A stretch of DNA of 64,000 nt from an uncultured Actinomycetes bacterium (GTDB taxonomy: Bacteria; Actinomycetota; UBA4738; HRBIN12). A program made the translations under genes and the position numbers. The notes beneath the pieces were generated by a model. The model was not told where the DNA came from. It saw only the letters and a program-made list of their open reading frames with translations, and ran no database searches. Positions 1 through 9,934 of the stretch are shown here, piece by piece (the stretch's first letter is position 1; each line of letters starts with the position of its first letter). The stretch lies in NCBI GenBank assembly GCA_963762075.1, contig CAVXJC010000007.1, positions 65,920 through 129,919 on the forward strand, written 5' to 3'.

Positions 1-1
1 C

Positions 2-1345
2 GAGCAGGAGTCACCGCTGCGCGACGCGCGAGGGTTCGAGCCGGTACCCGGCAGGGAAGGCAGCGACGAGGATCTGGGCCTCGCCAACGTCATCCTTCCC
101 AACGGCGCCCGCTACTACGTCGATCACGCGCACCCCGAGTATTCGACGCCGGAGTGCATCACGCCGCGCGAGCTCGTGGTGCACGACAAGGCGGGGGAGC
201 GCATCCTCGAGCGCTCCCTGCACGAAGTCGCCCAGACGATGGCGAGCGCGCCGCCCCTGTCGATCTACAAGAACAACTCCGACGGGAAAGGCAACAGCTA
301 CGGCACCCATGAGAACTACCTGGTCGACCGGGCGACGCCGTTCGGAGACATCGTGCGCGATCTCACGCCGTTCTTCGTCTCGCGCATCGTCTTCACCGGC
401 GCTGGGAAGGTCGGCGCCGAGGCCCCATGGGACGAACGAGGTCGCGAGCTCTACCAGATCACCCAGCGGGCGGACTTCTTCGAGACCGAGGTCGGGCTCG
501 AGACCACGTTGAAGAGGCCGATCATCAACACCCGAGACGAGCCCCACGCCGACCCCGAGCGCTACCGGCGACTGCACGTGATCGTGGGCGACGCGAACCT
601 GTGCGAGGTCGCGACGTTCCTGAAGATCGGCACCACCGCGATCGTGCTGAAGATGATCGAGGATCGGGCGCTGCCGGACCTGACCATCGTGAGTCCAGTG
701 CAGTCGTTGCACGAGATCTCACGTGATCTGACATGCATGCGCGAGATCTCGCTCGCTGACGGCAGGCGTGTGAACGCCGTGCAGCTCCAATGGGAGTATC
801 TGGAGCACGCCAAGAAGTACGTGGAACGTGAGGACGACACGCCCGAGCACCGCGAGGTGCTCGACCGATGGGAGGCTGTGCTCACCGGGCTCGAGACCGA
901 CCCGTTCACGCTGCATCGAGAGCTCGATTGGGTCGCGAAGCATCGCGTGCTGACGGCTTACCGCGACCGCGACGATCTCGGATGGAACGATTCGAAGCTC
1001 CGAGCGATCGACCTTCAGTACCACGATGTCCGTCGCGACAAGGGCCTCTACTACCGGCTGGAGGCGAGCGGCAAGGTCGAGCGCCTCACCACCGACGACG
1101 AGGTCGACGACGCGATAATGAACCCTCCGATCGACACGCGGGCGTACTTCCGCGGGCGGTGCATCGACAAGTTCCCCGACGCGATCGCAGCGGCCTCGTG
1201 GGACTCACTCATCGTCGATACTGGGGCAGAAGCGTTACAGCGCATACCGATGCGAGAACCACTGCGAGGAACGAAGGCCCATGTCGAGGATCTGCTGGCC
1301 GCCAGCGACGACGCGGCCTCGCTGGTCGCGAAGCTGCAGAGCTGA
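2..1345 (+). CDS. dop: Pup deamidase/depupylase Dop (5'-partial)
   Basis: The frame is open from nt 2 with no upstream stop in the window. The translation ([17 protein letters not shown]...) is PafA/Dop family. It sits directly upstream of pup-prcBA, which is the canonical dop position. Confidence 0.85.
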   Translation, partial: EQESPLRDARGFEPVPGREGSDEDLGLANVILPNGARYYVDHAHPEYSTPECITPRELVVHDKAGERILERSLHEVAQTMASAPPLSIYKNNSDGKGNSYGTHENYLVDRATPFGDIVRDLTPFFVSRIVFTGAGKVGAEAPWDERGRELYQITQRADFFETEVGLETTLKRPIINTRDEPHADPERYRRLHVIVGDANLCEVATFLKIGTTAIVLKMIEDRALPDLTIVSPVQSLHEISRDLTCMREISLADGRRVNAVQLQWEYLEHAKKYVEREDDTPEHREVLDRWEAVLTGLETDPFTLHRELDWVAKHRVLTAYRDRDDLGWNDSKLRAIDLQYHDVRRDKGLYYRLEASGKVERLTTDDEVDDAIMNPPIDTRAYFRGRCIDKFPDAIAAASWDSLIVDTGAEALQRIPMREPLRGTKAHVEDLLAASDDAASLVAKLQS

Positions 1346-1425
1346 CCGCGGCCCGCGGCTTCAGGCCTAGGCCGAACGTTCCGAAACCCCCGGGTAGGAT
1401 AGGTCGCACCGAAAGGAGCCGTACC

Positions 1426-1632
1426 GTGCCCCAGGAGCAGGAACAGAAGAAGGTCCAGCACAAGGGCGGCGGTGGCGATGAGAGCAGCGCCGACGCCGGC
1501 CAGACGCAGTCGTCGTCCAAGGCGTCGGAACTCAAGGAAGAGATGGACGACATCCTCGACGAGATCGACTCGGTGCTCGAGGAGAACGCCGAGGAGTTCG
1601 TCAAGAGCTACGTGCAGAAGGGCGGGGAGTGA
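1426..1632 (+). CDS. pup: Prokaryotic ubiquitin-like protein Pup
   Basis: GTG start at 1426 with the RBS gaaaggagcc upstream. The 68-aa product ends ...[25 protein letters not shown], the canonical Pup C-terminus with a GGE tail. Its stop overlaps the prcB start as GTGA. Confidence 0.9.
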   Translation: MPQEQEQKKVQHKGGGGDESSADAGQTQSSSKASELKEEMDDILDEIDSVLEENAEEFVKSYVQKGGE

Positions 1633-2429
1633 CCGACCTGCTGCGTCCATTGTCGGGCGCGTCGTTCGGCGCGAACCCGAGCTTCGTCGATCTGCTGCGC
1701 GAAGCCCGCCCCGACGAGCTCGCGCACCTGCGCCACACGATCTCGGCAGAGGCCGTGAACGGCATCGCCCACGGCACGACGGTTCTCGGCCTGATCTACG
1801 CCGACGGCGTGCTCGTGGCCGGCGACCGACGTGCGACGAGCGGCTACACCATCGCCGACGAAACGATGCGAAAGGTCTTCGCGGCCGACGACTATTCCGC
1901 GATCGCGATCGCAGGCGCCGCGGGCATGGCGGTCGAGATGGTCCACCTCTTCCAGCTGGAGCTCGAGCACTACGAGAAGCTCACAGGCGACCGACTGTCA
2001 TTGGAAGGCAAGGCGAATCGGCTCGCCCAGCTCATCCGTCAGAACTTCCCGCTGGCGATGCAAGGTCTCGTGGTGGTGCCCCTGTTCGGGGGCTTCGACG
2101 AGCGTCGTGACGCCGGCCGCCTGTTCTACTACGACGCGACCGGTGGCCGCTGGGAAGAGGACGACTATCAGGCGACCGGATCCGGCGCCCAGCCGGCGAA
2201 GAACTCGCTCAAGAAGCGCTGGCGGGAAGACCTCACCCGAGAAGAGGCGATCAGAGCCGCCGCCGAGGCGCTGCTCGACGCCTCCGAAGACGATGTCGCG
2301 ACTGGCGGGCCGAGCGTCTATCGAGGTATCTTCCCGATCGCGCTCGCCGTGACCGCATCGGGAGCCGACGAGGTGCCCGAGGCCGAGGTCGAGGCCGCCG
2401 TGAAGGCCGTGCTCGAGGAGCGTGCCTGA
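1629..2429 (+). CDS. prcB: Proteasome subunit beta
   Basis: Ntn-hydrolase beta subunit with a propeptide followed by the Thr1 motif ...AHGTTVLGL. The GTG start overlaps the pup stop. Confidence 0.93.
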   Translation: MTDLLRPLSGASFGANPSFVDLLREARPDELAHLRHTISAEAVNGIAHGTTVLGLIYADGVLVAGDRRATSGYTIADETMRKVFAADDYSAIAIAGAAGMAVEMVHLFQLELEHYEKLTGDRLSLEGKANRLAQLIRQNFPLAMQGLVVVPLFGGFDERRDAGRLFYYDATGGRWEEDDYQATGSGAQPAKNSLKKRWREDLTREEAIRAAAEALLDASEDDVATGGPSVYRGIFPIALAVTASGADEVPEAEVEAAVKAVLEERA

Positions 2430-3115
2430 TGTCGTTCATGCCGTACGTGGCGCCCGAGCAGATGATGAAAGATCGCTCGGAGTACGCCCACAAGGGCATC
2501 GCTCGCGGCCGATCGGTCATCGGCCTCGAGTACGTCGATGGGTTGCTGTTCATCGCCGAGAACCCCAGCGCCACGTTGCACAAGATCAGCGAGATCTACG
2601 ATCTCATCGCGTTCGCTGGCGTCGGCAAGTACAGCGAGTTCGAGGATCTTCGCATCGCGGGTATCAGGCTCGCCGACCTGCGAGGCTTCAGCTACGGCAG
2701 GGAAGACGTGAAGGCACGCGATCTTGCCAACGCCTACAGCCAAGCGCTGTCGAACATCTTCACCCAGCAGATGAAGCCCTATGAGGTGGAGATACTCGTC
2801 GGAGAGGTCGATGGCGACGCGTCGGGCACCGCGATCTACCACATCCTCTTCGACGGGTCGGTGACCGACGAGCACGGGTTCGTCGCGATCGGTGGCCACG
2901 CCGAGGATCTGACGGAACTGCTCAAGAGCCGCTTCACCGCCGAGTGGGATCTGGCGACCGCTGTCAAGACGGCCGTCGAGGTACTCGGCTCGCCCGACAG
3001 CCGCACGATCGAGGCGGGTGCGATCGAGGCGGGCGTGCTCGATCGAGGACGCACCCATCGCCGCAAGTTCCGCCGCCTCGAAGAGCCCGAGATCGCCCAG
3101 CTCCTCGCAAGCTGA
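2429..3115 (+). CDS. prcA: Proteasome subunit alpha
   Basis: 20S alpha-subunit similarity ([35 protein letters not shown]...). A TGATG overlap links it to prcB. Confidence 0.93.
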   Translation: MSFMPYVAPEQMMKDRSEYAHKGIARGRSVIGLEYVDGLLFIAENPSATLHKISEIYDLIAFAGVGKYSEFEDLRIAGIRLADLRGFSYGREDVKARDLANAYSQALSNIFTQQMKPYEVEILVGEVDGDASGTAIYHILFDGSVTDEHGFVAIGGHAEDLTELLKSRFTAEWDLATAVKTAVEVLGSPDSRTIEAGAIEAGVLDRGRTHRRKFRRLEEPEIAQLLAS

Positions 3116-3156
3116 CGCGTCCCAGCGTTCCTATCGACCGGGCGTAGGCTTGCTCG

Positions 3157-4515
3157 ATGGACCGGCGCATCTTCGGACTCGAGAACGAGTACGGCGTGAC
3201 GTGCACCTTCCGTGGGCAGCGGCGCCTATCGCCCGACGAGGTCGCGCGGTACCTGTTCCGACGGGTCGTGCACTGGGGCCGGTCGTCGAACGTCTTCCTC
3301 GAGAACGGGGCGAGGCTCTATCTCGACGTCGGTTCGCATCCGGAGTACGCGACCCCCGAGTGCGACATCGTGAAGGAGGTCGTCGCGCACGACAAGGCGG
3401 GGGAGCGCATCCTCGAGGCGTTGCTCGGAGCGGCAGAGATGCGCCTGCACGAGGAGGGCATCTCGGGCCAGGTGTACCTCTTCAAGAACAACACCGATTC
3501 GGCGGGCAACAGCTACGGATGCCACGAGAACTACCTCGTCGGCCGCCATGGCGAATTCGCACGCATGGCCGACGTGCTGATCCCGTTCTTCGTGACGCGG
3601 CAGATCTGGTGCGGAGCGGGCAAGGTGCTGCACGGCCCTCGTGGCGCCCAGTACTGCATCGCACAACGCGCCGAGCACATCTGGGAAGGCGTCTCGAGCG
3701 CGACGACCCGATCGCGGCCCATCATCAATACCCGCGACGAGCCACACGCCGATGCCGAGAGGTTCCGGCGGCTGCACGTGATCGTCGGCGACTCGAACAT
3801 GAGCGAATGGACGACGTTCATGAAGGTCGGCATCACCGACCTGGTGCTGCGCATGGTCGAGGGCAACACCGTGATGCGCGATCTCTCGCTCGAGAATCCG
3901 ATCCGGGCGATCCGCGAGATCAGCCACGACACGTCGTGCACTCGCTCGGTGAAGCTCGCGAACGGCCGCGAGCTCTCGGCGATCGAGATGCAGGTCGAGT
4001 ACTTTGAGAAGACCGAGCGGTTCATCGAGCGCCGGGGCGCCGACGAGATCTCCAAGGTGCTGCTGCGGGAGTGGCGAGAGGCCCTCGACGCCCTGATCGA
4101 CGGGGAGCCGGACCGTCTCGTGCGCAAAGTGGATTGGGTCACCAAGCGAATGATGATCGACCGGTACATGGCCAAGCACGACCTCGCACTCGCCTCGCCC
4201 AGGGTCGCCCTGCTCGACCTGAGCTACCACGATGTGAATCGTGCCCGCGGTCTGTATTACCTTCTCGAGAAGGCGGGCAAGGTCGAGCGGGTCGTGAACG
4301 AGGCGCAGGTGAATCTGGCGATGCGCGAGCCTCCGCAAACCACCCGCGCGAAGCTCCGAGGCGACTTCATCAAGCAGGCGAAGGCGAAGCGTCGCGACTA
4401 TACCGTCGACTGGGTACACCTGAAGCTCAACGACCAGGCGCAGCGCACCGTGCTGTGCAAGGATCCGTTCCGCAGCGTCGACGAGCGCGTGGAGCAACTC
4501 ATCGCCCACATGTGA
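3157..4515 (+). CDS. pafA: Pup--protein ligase PafA
   Basis: 452-aa PafA/Dop-family protein ([20 protein letters not shown]...), the second copy downstream of prcA. This is the canonical pafA position. Confidence 0.88.
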   Translation: MDRRIFGLENEYGVTCTFRGQRRLSPDEVARYLFRRVVHWGRSSNVFLENGARLYLDVGSHPEYATPECDIVKEVVAHDKAGERILEALLGAAEMRLHEEGISGQVYLFKNNTDSAGNSYGCHENYLVGRHGEFARMADVLIPFFVTRQIWCGAGKVLHGPRGAQYCIAQRAEHIWEGVSSATTRSRPIINTRDEPHADAERFRRLHVIVGDSNMSEWTTFMKVGITDLVLRMVEGNTVMRDLSLENPIRAIREISHDTSCTRSVKLANGRELSAIEMQVEYFEKTERFIERRGADEISKVLLREWREALDALIDGEPDRLVRKVDWVTKRMMIDRYMAKHDLALASPRVALLDLSYHDVNRARGLYYLLEKAGKVERVVNEAQVNLAMREPPQTTRAKLRGDFIKQAKAKRRDYTVDWVHLKLNDQAQRTVLCKDPFRSVDERVEQLIAHM

Positions 4516-4545
4516 CGGATCTCCCTTGCCCACTCGGGGAAGCCG

Positions 4546-5205
4546 TCATCGCCAACGCCGGTTCCCTACGGCGAGGCGGCCGGCGAGCACGCCCGAGGCA
4601 CCGGCGGCGAGCTCGTTGAGGGTAGGGGCATCGTGGGAGGTGTCGTCAACATCTGCCAATGCCGGACGCGGATCGACCTCGACCACGTGATGGCCGACGA
4701 AGAGTCCGAGCTGCTCGGCGACGTCACGGACCCGACCCCGGAGGGGCTCCTCGACCGACGGCACGGCGACATCGAGATCAACATCGCAGTCGCGGAGCAT
4801 CGCGCGGGCCTGGCTCGGTTCGTCGAATGCGATCACCGGCAGCGGTCTGCCGCCCAGCATCCTGGCGACCACCAACGTGACCCCCGCGGCCGCCCCGTGC
4901 GAGACGACGAGCAACACCTCGGCGTCAGACGATGCGCGGAGCAGCGATGCTCCCGGAGACCCTTCGCTGTCGGCCTCCACCCGCGCGACGGACGCCTTGC
5001 CTGCCCGCTCGGCGCCTGTGCGTACCGTGGTCTCCAGTGCCGGGTCGCTCAACACCACGACCGGCGTGTTGCGGAGGCCGCCCGGATCGATCTCTGATTC
5101 GAACCGACCGAGCGGAACCCGGGCCTGGCGGGTTTCGACGCCGACAGCGATCTCTGCGACGATCTCGATCGAGCCATCGATCAGGTGCTCCACGGATCGG
5201 ATCAC
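4546..5205 (-). CDS. hypothetical protein (function unknown)
   Basis: 219-aa ORF on the opposite strand between pafA and pafB. Composition is protein-like (V/A/L/G/E/D-rich), whereas antisense frames are R/H/C-rich. No family recognised. Confidence 0.4.
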   Translation of the reverse strand: MIRSVEHLIDGSIEIVAEIAVGVETRQARVPLGRFESEIDPGGLRNTPVVVLSDPALETTVRTGAERAGKASVARVEADSEGSPGASLLRASSDAEVLLVVSHGAAAGVTLVVARMLGGRPLPVIAFDEPSQARAMLRDCDVDLDVAVPSVEEPLRGRVRDVAEQLGLFVGHHVVEVDPRPALADVDDTSHDAPTLNELAAGASGVLAGRLAVGNRRWR

Positions 5206-5249
5206 GGAGGTCCTCGGTGGCTCTGCATGCCCGACTATGATGCCCGACG

Positions 5250-6212
5250 ATGACAGGCGCCGAACGCATGGAGCCGCTCGAGCGGCTGCTGAACCTCGTC
5301 GCCCTGCTGCTCGAGACGCCCACCCCGCTCACCTATGAGCAGATCCGTGACACGCTTCATGCGTACCGGGGCGACAACGTCGACAGCGCCAAGCGCATGT
5401 TCGAGCGCGACAAGGATCAGCTGCGAGAGTTCGGCATCCCGCTGCAGCTCGTCGAGACCGATGCATGGGGAACCGAACAGGGCTACATCATCCCGAAGGA
5501 CGAGTACTACCTTCCCGAGATCGCATTCACACCCGAGGAGCTCGGCGCGTTGCTCGTCGCCGTGCAGAGCGGCGGTGAGAACACCCGCGCCGAGCAAGCG
5601 GCACGCAAGCTGCTCTATGGCGCCGACGGGGGAGTGCTGGCGGGCCTCGCCGGCGGCCCCTTGGCATCGGGGTCAGACGCTCGGGGCACGCTGGTGATCG
5701 AGTGTGCAGATGCGGCCCAACGACGCCGCCGCGTGCGGTTCGGCTACCGCACGTCGCAAGGCCGGGCGGGGGAGCGGATGGTCGACGCCTTCGCGGTGGT
5801 CTTCCGGGGCGGGCATTGGTACCTCGTAGGGCACGACTTCGAGCGCGACGACGTGCGCGCCTTCAGACTCTCACGGTTCACGAGCGACCTCGATGATCTC
5901 GGAGACGGCCACGAGCCACCGGCAGGCTTTCGGGGTGCTGACCATGTGCAGGCAGGACCATGGGCCGCGACCCCGGAAGACCATGCCGAGATCGCGTTCT
6001 CGCCCGACGTCGCATGGTGGGCGGTCGGATCCTTCGCAGGCGCACGGGAATCACGGATCGACGACGATGGGTGGGTCGTTGCCGACGTTCCGATGGCGGA
6101 CCCGGGGCTGCTGGCATCGCTGGTGCTGCAGTTCGGTCCCGACGCGATCGTGCGTTCTCCCGAGGTGTTGCGTGACGAAGTTGTCGACCGCCTCGAGGTG
6201 CTGAGTGGCTGA
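5250..6212 (+). CDS. pafB: WYL-domain transcriptional regulator PafB
   Basis: N-terminal HTH plus WYL, PafBC type. It is the first of two paralogous tandem genes downstream of pafA. Confidence 0.85.
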   Translation: MTGAERMEPLERLLNLVALLLETPTPLTYEQIRDTLHAYRGDNVDSAKRMFERDKDQLREFGIPLQLVETDAWGTEQGYIIPKDEYYLPEIAFTPEELGALLVAVQSGGENTRAEQAARKLLYGADGGVLAGLAGGPLASGSDARGTLVIECADAAQRRRRVRFGYRTSQGRAGERMVDAFAVVFRGGHWYLVGHDFERDDVRAFRLSRFTSDLDDLGDGHEPPAGFRGADHVQAGPWAATPEDHAEIAFSPDVAWWAVGSFAGARESRIDDDGWVVADVPMADPGLLASLVLQFGPDAIVRSPEVLRDEVVDRLEVLSG

Positions 6213-7176
6213 GAAGATACGCGCGAGCCCTCCCAAGACCGCCGAGCGGCTCGGCCGCATGCTCGTGATCGTGCCGTACCTCGTGCAGCATCCCGGCTCG
6301 TCGCTCGGCGACGTCGCGTCGTTGTACGACGTGAAGCCCGAGCAGCTCCGACGCGACCTCGACCTGTTGTTCATGTCGGGCCTGCCTCCCTACGGGCCCG
6401 GGGATCTGATCGATGTCGATGTCGATGAAGACGACCTCATCTGGATCACGATGGCCGATCACTTCTCCCGCCCGCTGCGCCTCAGCCGTCAGGAAGCGCT
6501 GGCAATCACGCTGCGTTCGGCGGAGCTCCTCGCCGCTCCCGGGCTGCCGCAGGCCCCGGCCCTCGCGAGCGCCGTGCGCAAGCTACGTGATGCGATAGGC
6601 CCTGATACGGCCGGCGACGAGCACGCGATCGCCTCGGCGGAATCGGGGCGACCAGCCGAGCACCTGGAGACGCTTCGGCGCGCGGCGCTCGACCATGAGC
6701 GCATCACGATCGAGTATTTCGCGGGTTCGACCGGGGAGTGGTCGACGCGCGACATCGAGCCCGAGGAGGTCTTCTCGGCCATGGGCAACTGGTATGTCGC
6801 TGCGTGGGACCTCGGCGCACGAGACGAGCGGCTCTTCCGCGCCGACCGCATCCGGGCGGCTGCCCGGAGCGGCGTGCGTTTCGAACCCCGCGGCCTCGAG
6901 GGGGCGGGGCGCGCGCTCTACACGCCGACCGGTGACGAGGTCCGTGTGAGGCTGGCGTTGCGGCCAGGAGCGCGTTGGATCGCGGAGTACTACGCGACCG
7001 AGGACCTCATCGAGCGAGACGATGGAACCCTGGAGGTCACACTTCCTGCGGCCGAGCTCGCATGGGTCGCTCGGCTCATGCTCCGCGTCGGTCCCGACGC
7101 GCGGGCGATCTCGCCGCCCGAGGTGAGCGAGGCCGTGGTCGAGCTCGCTCGCGCGACCCTCGCGCTCTATCGCTGA
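6205..7176 (+). CDS. pafC: WYL-domain transcriptional regulator PafC
   Basis: Paralog of pafB with an ATGGCTGA overlap. It has the same HTH-WYL architecture. Confidence 0.85.
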   Translation: MAEKIRASPPKTAERLGRMLVIVPYLVQHPGSSLGDVASLYDVKPEQLRRDLDLLFMSGLPPYGPGDLIDVDVDEDDLIWITMADHFSRPLRLSRQEALAITLRSAELLAAPGLPQAPALASAVRKLRDAIGPDTAGDEHAIASAESGRPAEHLETLRRAALDHERITIEYFAGSTGEWSTRDIEPEEVFSAMGNWYVAAWDLGARDERLFRADRIRAAARSGVRFEPRGLEGAGRALYTPTGDEVRVRLALRPGARWIAEYYATEDLIERDDGTLEVTLPAAELAWVARLMLRVGPDARAISPPEVSEAVVELARATLALYR

Positions 7177-7312
7177 TCTTCAGCGCAGCCGAGGTCCGAA
7201 CGTCTGCGAGCCCGCCGTCGAGGTACGGCCTGGTGATGGTTCGAGTTGAGTAGACCCGTTCCTGCCGCGGGCTCTCAAGGCTCGCCTGAACGCGGCCGAT
7301 AGCACCCCTGAG

Positions 7313-7678
7313 ATGACAACGATCCGGACAACGTGCCCCAGGTGTGGCGAAGTGGACATGGGCCCCGAGGCGATCATGCTCTCGGTGCGCCAGAGCGGTC
7401 GTGAAGGCAGCTACCGTTTCACCTGCCCCAGCTGTGCCGACGACGTGGAGAAGCGTGCCGACCGCAAGATCGTGGCGCTCTTGGTCTCGGCGGGAGTGGA
7501 CATCGAGCAGTCAGAGAGCGACCAGTTGCTCTTCGACGACGAGGGTGCCGAGGATCTGCGGGGAGCGATGCCGCAGGGTCCGCGATTCTCGATCGACGAC
7601 GTGATCGAGTTCCACTACCTGCTGGAAGACGACCGCTACATCGAGGAGTTCGTGGCCTCGAGCGGCGGCAACGGCTGA
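7313..7678 (+). CDS. hypothetical zinc-ribbon protein
   Basis: 121-aa product with paired CxxC motifs (CPRCG ... CPSCAD) and an acidic C-terminus. No family assignment. Confidence 0.55.
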   Translation: MTTIRTTCPRCGEVDMGPEAIMLSVRQSGREGSYRFTCPSCADDVEKRADRKIVALLVSAGVDIEQSESDQLLFDDEGAEDLRGAMPQGPRFSIDDVIEFHYLLEDDRYIEEFVASSGGNG

Positions 7679-7742
7679 CGAGACAGGAAGCTCCACGATC
7701 GACGCGGTCTGCCGCGAGGGCAACGCCCTCGTGTAGCATCGC

Positions 7743-7955
7743 TTGGTGGGCACCTGGCTCATCGTCTGGTTCGTGATCGGCATCGTCTCGACGATCGCCG
7801 TGTTGGCCTTCTTGACCGCACTGATCCGCCATATGTTGGTGCTCGGACGCACGGCGCAGCGCATGCGCGACGAGCTCGCGCCCGCCGTGCGGGAGATCTC
7901 CGACGAAGGTGGACGTGCGAGCGCCCGCGCCTCGCGGCTCGGCGTTCGCCGATAG
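7743..7955 (+). CDS. small hypothetical membrane protein
   Basis: 70 aa with one strongly hydrophobic TM segment and a basic tail. Weak support. Confidence 0.35.
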   Translation: MVGTWLIVWFVIGIVSTIAVLAFLTALIRHMLVLGRTAQRMRDELAPAVREISDEGGRASARASRLGVRR

Positions 7956-7964
7956 GCAGATCTC

Positions 7965-8381
7965 ATGCTCAACATCGGGCCCCCTGAGCTCATCCTCATC
8001 TTCGTCATCGCCCTCGTGATCGTGGGTCCACAGCGGCTACCCGAGCTGGGGCGAACGATCGGCAGGGGCATGCGCGAGCTGAGGAAGATGCAGGACGAGG
8101 TGAAGGACCTCGTGAACACGGGCATGGGCGACGACTTCAAGCAGACGGCCGCGGAGCTGAAGAGGACCGCGACGGAGCTGAAGAGTGCCACCGACGTGCG
8201 ATCGGCGTTCCGCGACGACGGGCCGCACGCCCGGCGCGAGGCACCGAAGCGTCCGACGGGTCGCCCGGCCGAGGACCTCGACGTCCCGTCCGGACACGAC
8301 GGAGCGCCAGCCGTTTCGGCGATCCCACCCTCAACGCCGCCCACTGCGGGCGAGGATGCCGTCGAGGATCCGGCCGAATGA
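7965..8381 (+). CDS. tatA: Sec-independent translocase TatA/TatB family
   Basis: N-terminal TM helix plus amphipathic helix (MLNIGPPELILIFVIALVIVGPQRLPELGRTIGRGMRELRK). Confidence 0.85.
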   Translation: MLNIGPPELILIFVIALVIVGPQRLPELGRTIGRGMRELRKMQDEVKDLVNTGMGDDFKQTAAELKRTATELKSATDVRSAFRDDGPHARREAPKRPTGRPAEDLDVPSGHDGAPAVSAIPPSTPPTAGEDAVEDPAE

Positions 8382-8391
8382 GGCTCGCTGC

Positions 8392-9168
8392 ATGCAGCTG
8401 ATGCCGAGGTTCCTCCGCAAGTCGGAGGCAGAGCGCACAGGCACGATGTCGGTGCTGGAGCACCTCGACGAGCTGCGCCGACGCATCATGATCGCCTTCT
8501 TCGCGGTCGCCGCAGGCGCGGTCGTGGGCTGGTTCCTCTACGACCCTGTGCTCGACATCCTGGTGGATCCGTACTGCCAATACCTGCGCGACAACCCGGA
8601 CGTGCGACCTCCTGCGGGATGCGATCTCACGATCGTCAGTCCTGTGGATGCCTTCCTGACGAAGATCAAGATGGTCGGCTTCCTCGGTCTGATCGTTGCG
8701 CTCCCCGTCGTGCTGTATCAGCTCTGGGCTTTCATCGTGCCCGGGCTGACGAGCCGGGAGAAGAAGTGGTCGATCCCGTTCATCACGACCGCCACCTTGC
8801 TGTTCATCGGAGGTGCCGCATTCTCGATCTGGTCCCTGCCGAGGGCGCTCGACTTCCTGTTGGGGTTCGGTGGTGAGTACGTCGTTCCCATCATCACGTT
8901 CGACCGCTACCTCGGGTTCGTCACGCTCGTGACGCTCGCGTTCGGCGCGTCGTTCCTGTTCCCCGTCGTCCTGGTCTTCCTCGAGGCGGTCGGGGTGCTG
9001 TCGTGGAGGCGCCTCGCCTCGTGGCGGCGATGGACAATCCTCGGCATCGCGGTGTTCTCGGCGGTCATCACCCCGAGCGGCGATCCCTACACGATGTTCG
9101 CGATGATGATCCCGATGTACCTGTTCTACGAGGCCTCTATCATCATCGGCCGGATCATCAAGCGATAG
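8392..9168 (+). CDS. tatC: Sec-independent translocase TatC
   Basis: Polytopic TatC-like protein (...SVLEHLDELRRRIMIAFFAV...). The start at 8392 is assumed (MQLMPRF); an alternative start lies at 8446. The upstream 5' extension of the raw ORF is R-rich junk. Confidence 0.85.
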   Translation: MQLMPRFLRKSEAERTGTMSVLEHLDELRRRIMIAFFAVAAGAVVGWFLYDPVLDILVDPYCQYLRDNPDVRPPAGCDLTIVSPVDAFLTKIKMVGFLGLIVALPVVLYQLWAFIVPGLTSREKKWSIPFITTATLLFIGGAAFSIWSLPRALDFLLGFGGEYVVPIITFDRYLGFVTLVTLAFGASFLFPVVLVFLEAVGVLSWRRLASWRRWTILGIAVFSAVITPSGDPYTMFAMMIPMYLFYEASIIIGRIIKR

Positions 9169-9177
9169 GAACCCTCG

Positions 9178-9921
9178 ATGGCCATCAAGGGCAAGAACAA
9201 GAGCAGATCGAAGCAACGGTCCGCACCCCGCGCCCCCAGGCACGAGCCGATCACGCCCCCGACACCCTTGCTCCGGCGAAGGTGGGTGGTATTCACGGCT
9301 GGTGCGCTCGCCGGCGTGATCGCGATGGTCGTGCTGGTGTGGGTCACGAACAGTCTGCGAGCCGACGAAGCCGATGTCGCGGCAAGTACCGAGGCGTCGA
9401 ATCGTCGAGCTGCAGCCACCTCGTATCAGAAGGCCGTTCGTGACGCATTCAGCCAGGTCGGGGTGGTCGAGCAGGGGATCCCGCCCACGATCTTCGCCGA
9501 TATGGACTCGGCGCTCGACGCCCTCGCGAAGGGCAAGCCACCGGCCGACGCGAAGGACACCTTCGTGCAAGCGGCAGATGACGCATCGAAGGCGGGCAAG
9601 GATCTCGCGAGCTTCGATGTCGCCGCCGCGGTCCGTGATCAGGGTTTCGACCCCGGCGCCATCGTTGCGTTCACCGGTTCGGCGAACACGCTGACAGGGG
9701 TCTTCGACCTCTATCGCCAGTCGGCGCGCGTCGCCGCATCGGCGGTCGCGGTCGAAGGTCCCGAAGGGCAACGCCTGGCCGACGTGGCAGTCGACCTGCG
9801 CGACACGGCACGCGGCGATCTGATCGCCGGGTGGACGCGGTACCTGCAAGCCCTTCAGTCCGGCGGCATCGCCGAGGCTCTCCCCGGCGGCGGGTCGGTG
9901 CCAGACCTCGGCGCGGCATAG
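9178..9921 (+). CDS. hypothetical single-pass membrane protein
   Basis: Basic N-terminus, one TM helix and an Ala-rich extracytoplasmic domain. No family recognised. Confidence 0.5.
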   Translation: MAIKGKNKSRSKQRSAPRAPRHEPITPPTPLLRRRWVVFTAGALAGVIAMVVLVWVTNSLRADEADVAASTEASNRRAAATSYQKAVRDAFSQVGVVEQGIPPTIFADMDSALDALAKGKPPADAKDTFVQAADDASKAGKDLASFDVAAAVRDQGFDPGAIVAFTGSANTLTGVFDLYRQSARVAASAVAVEGPEGQRLADVAVDLRDTARGDLIAGWTRYLQALQSGGIAEALPGGGSVPDLGAA

Positions 9922-9934
9922 AGGAGGCGCGCCG

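Noticed and set aside
868-1632. 254-aa plus-strand ORF
   Set aside because: Only the last 68 codons (from the GTG at 1426, with an RBS) are the Pup gene. The upstream part lies out of frame within dop and is R/P-rich noise.
3226-4533. 435-aa minus-strand ORF
   Set aside because: Antisense to pafA.
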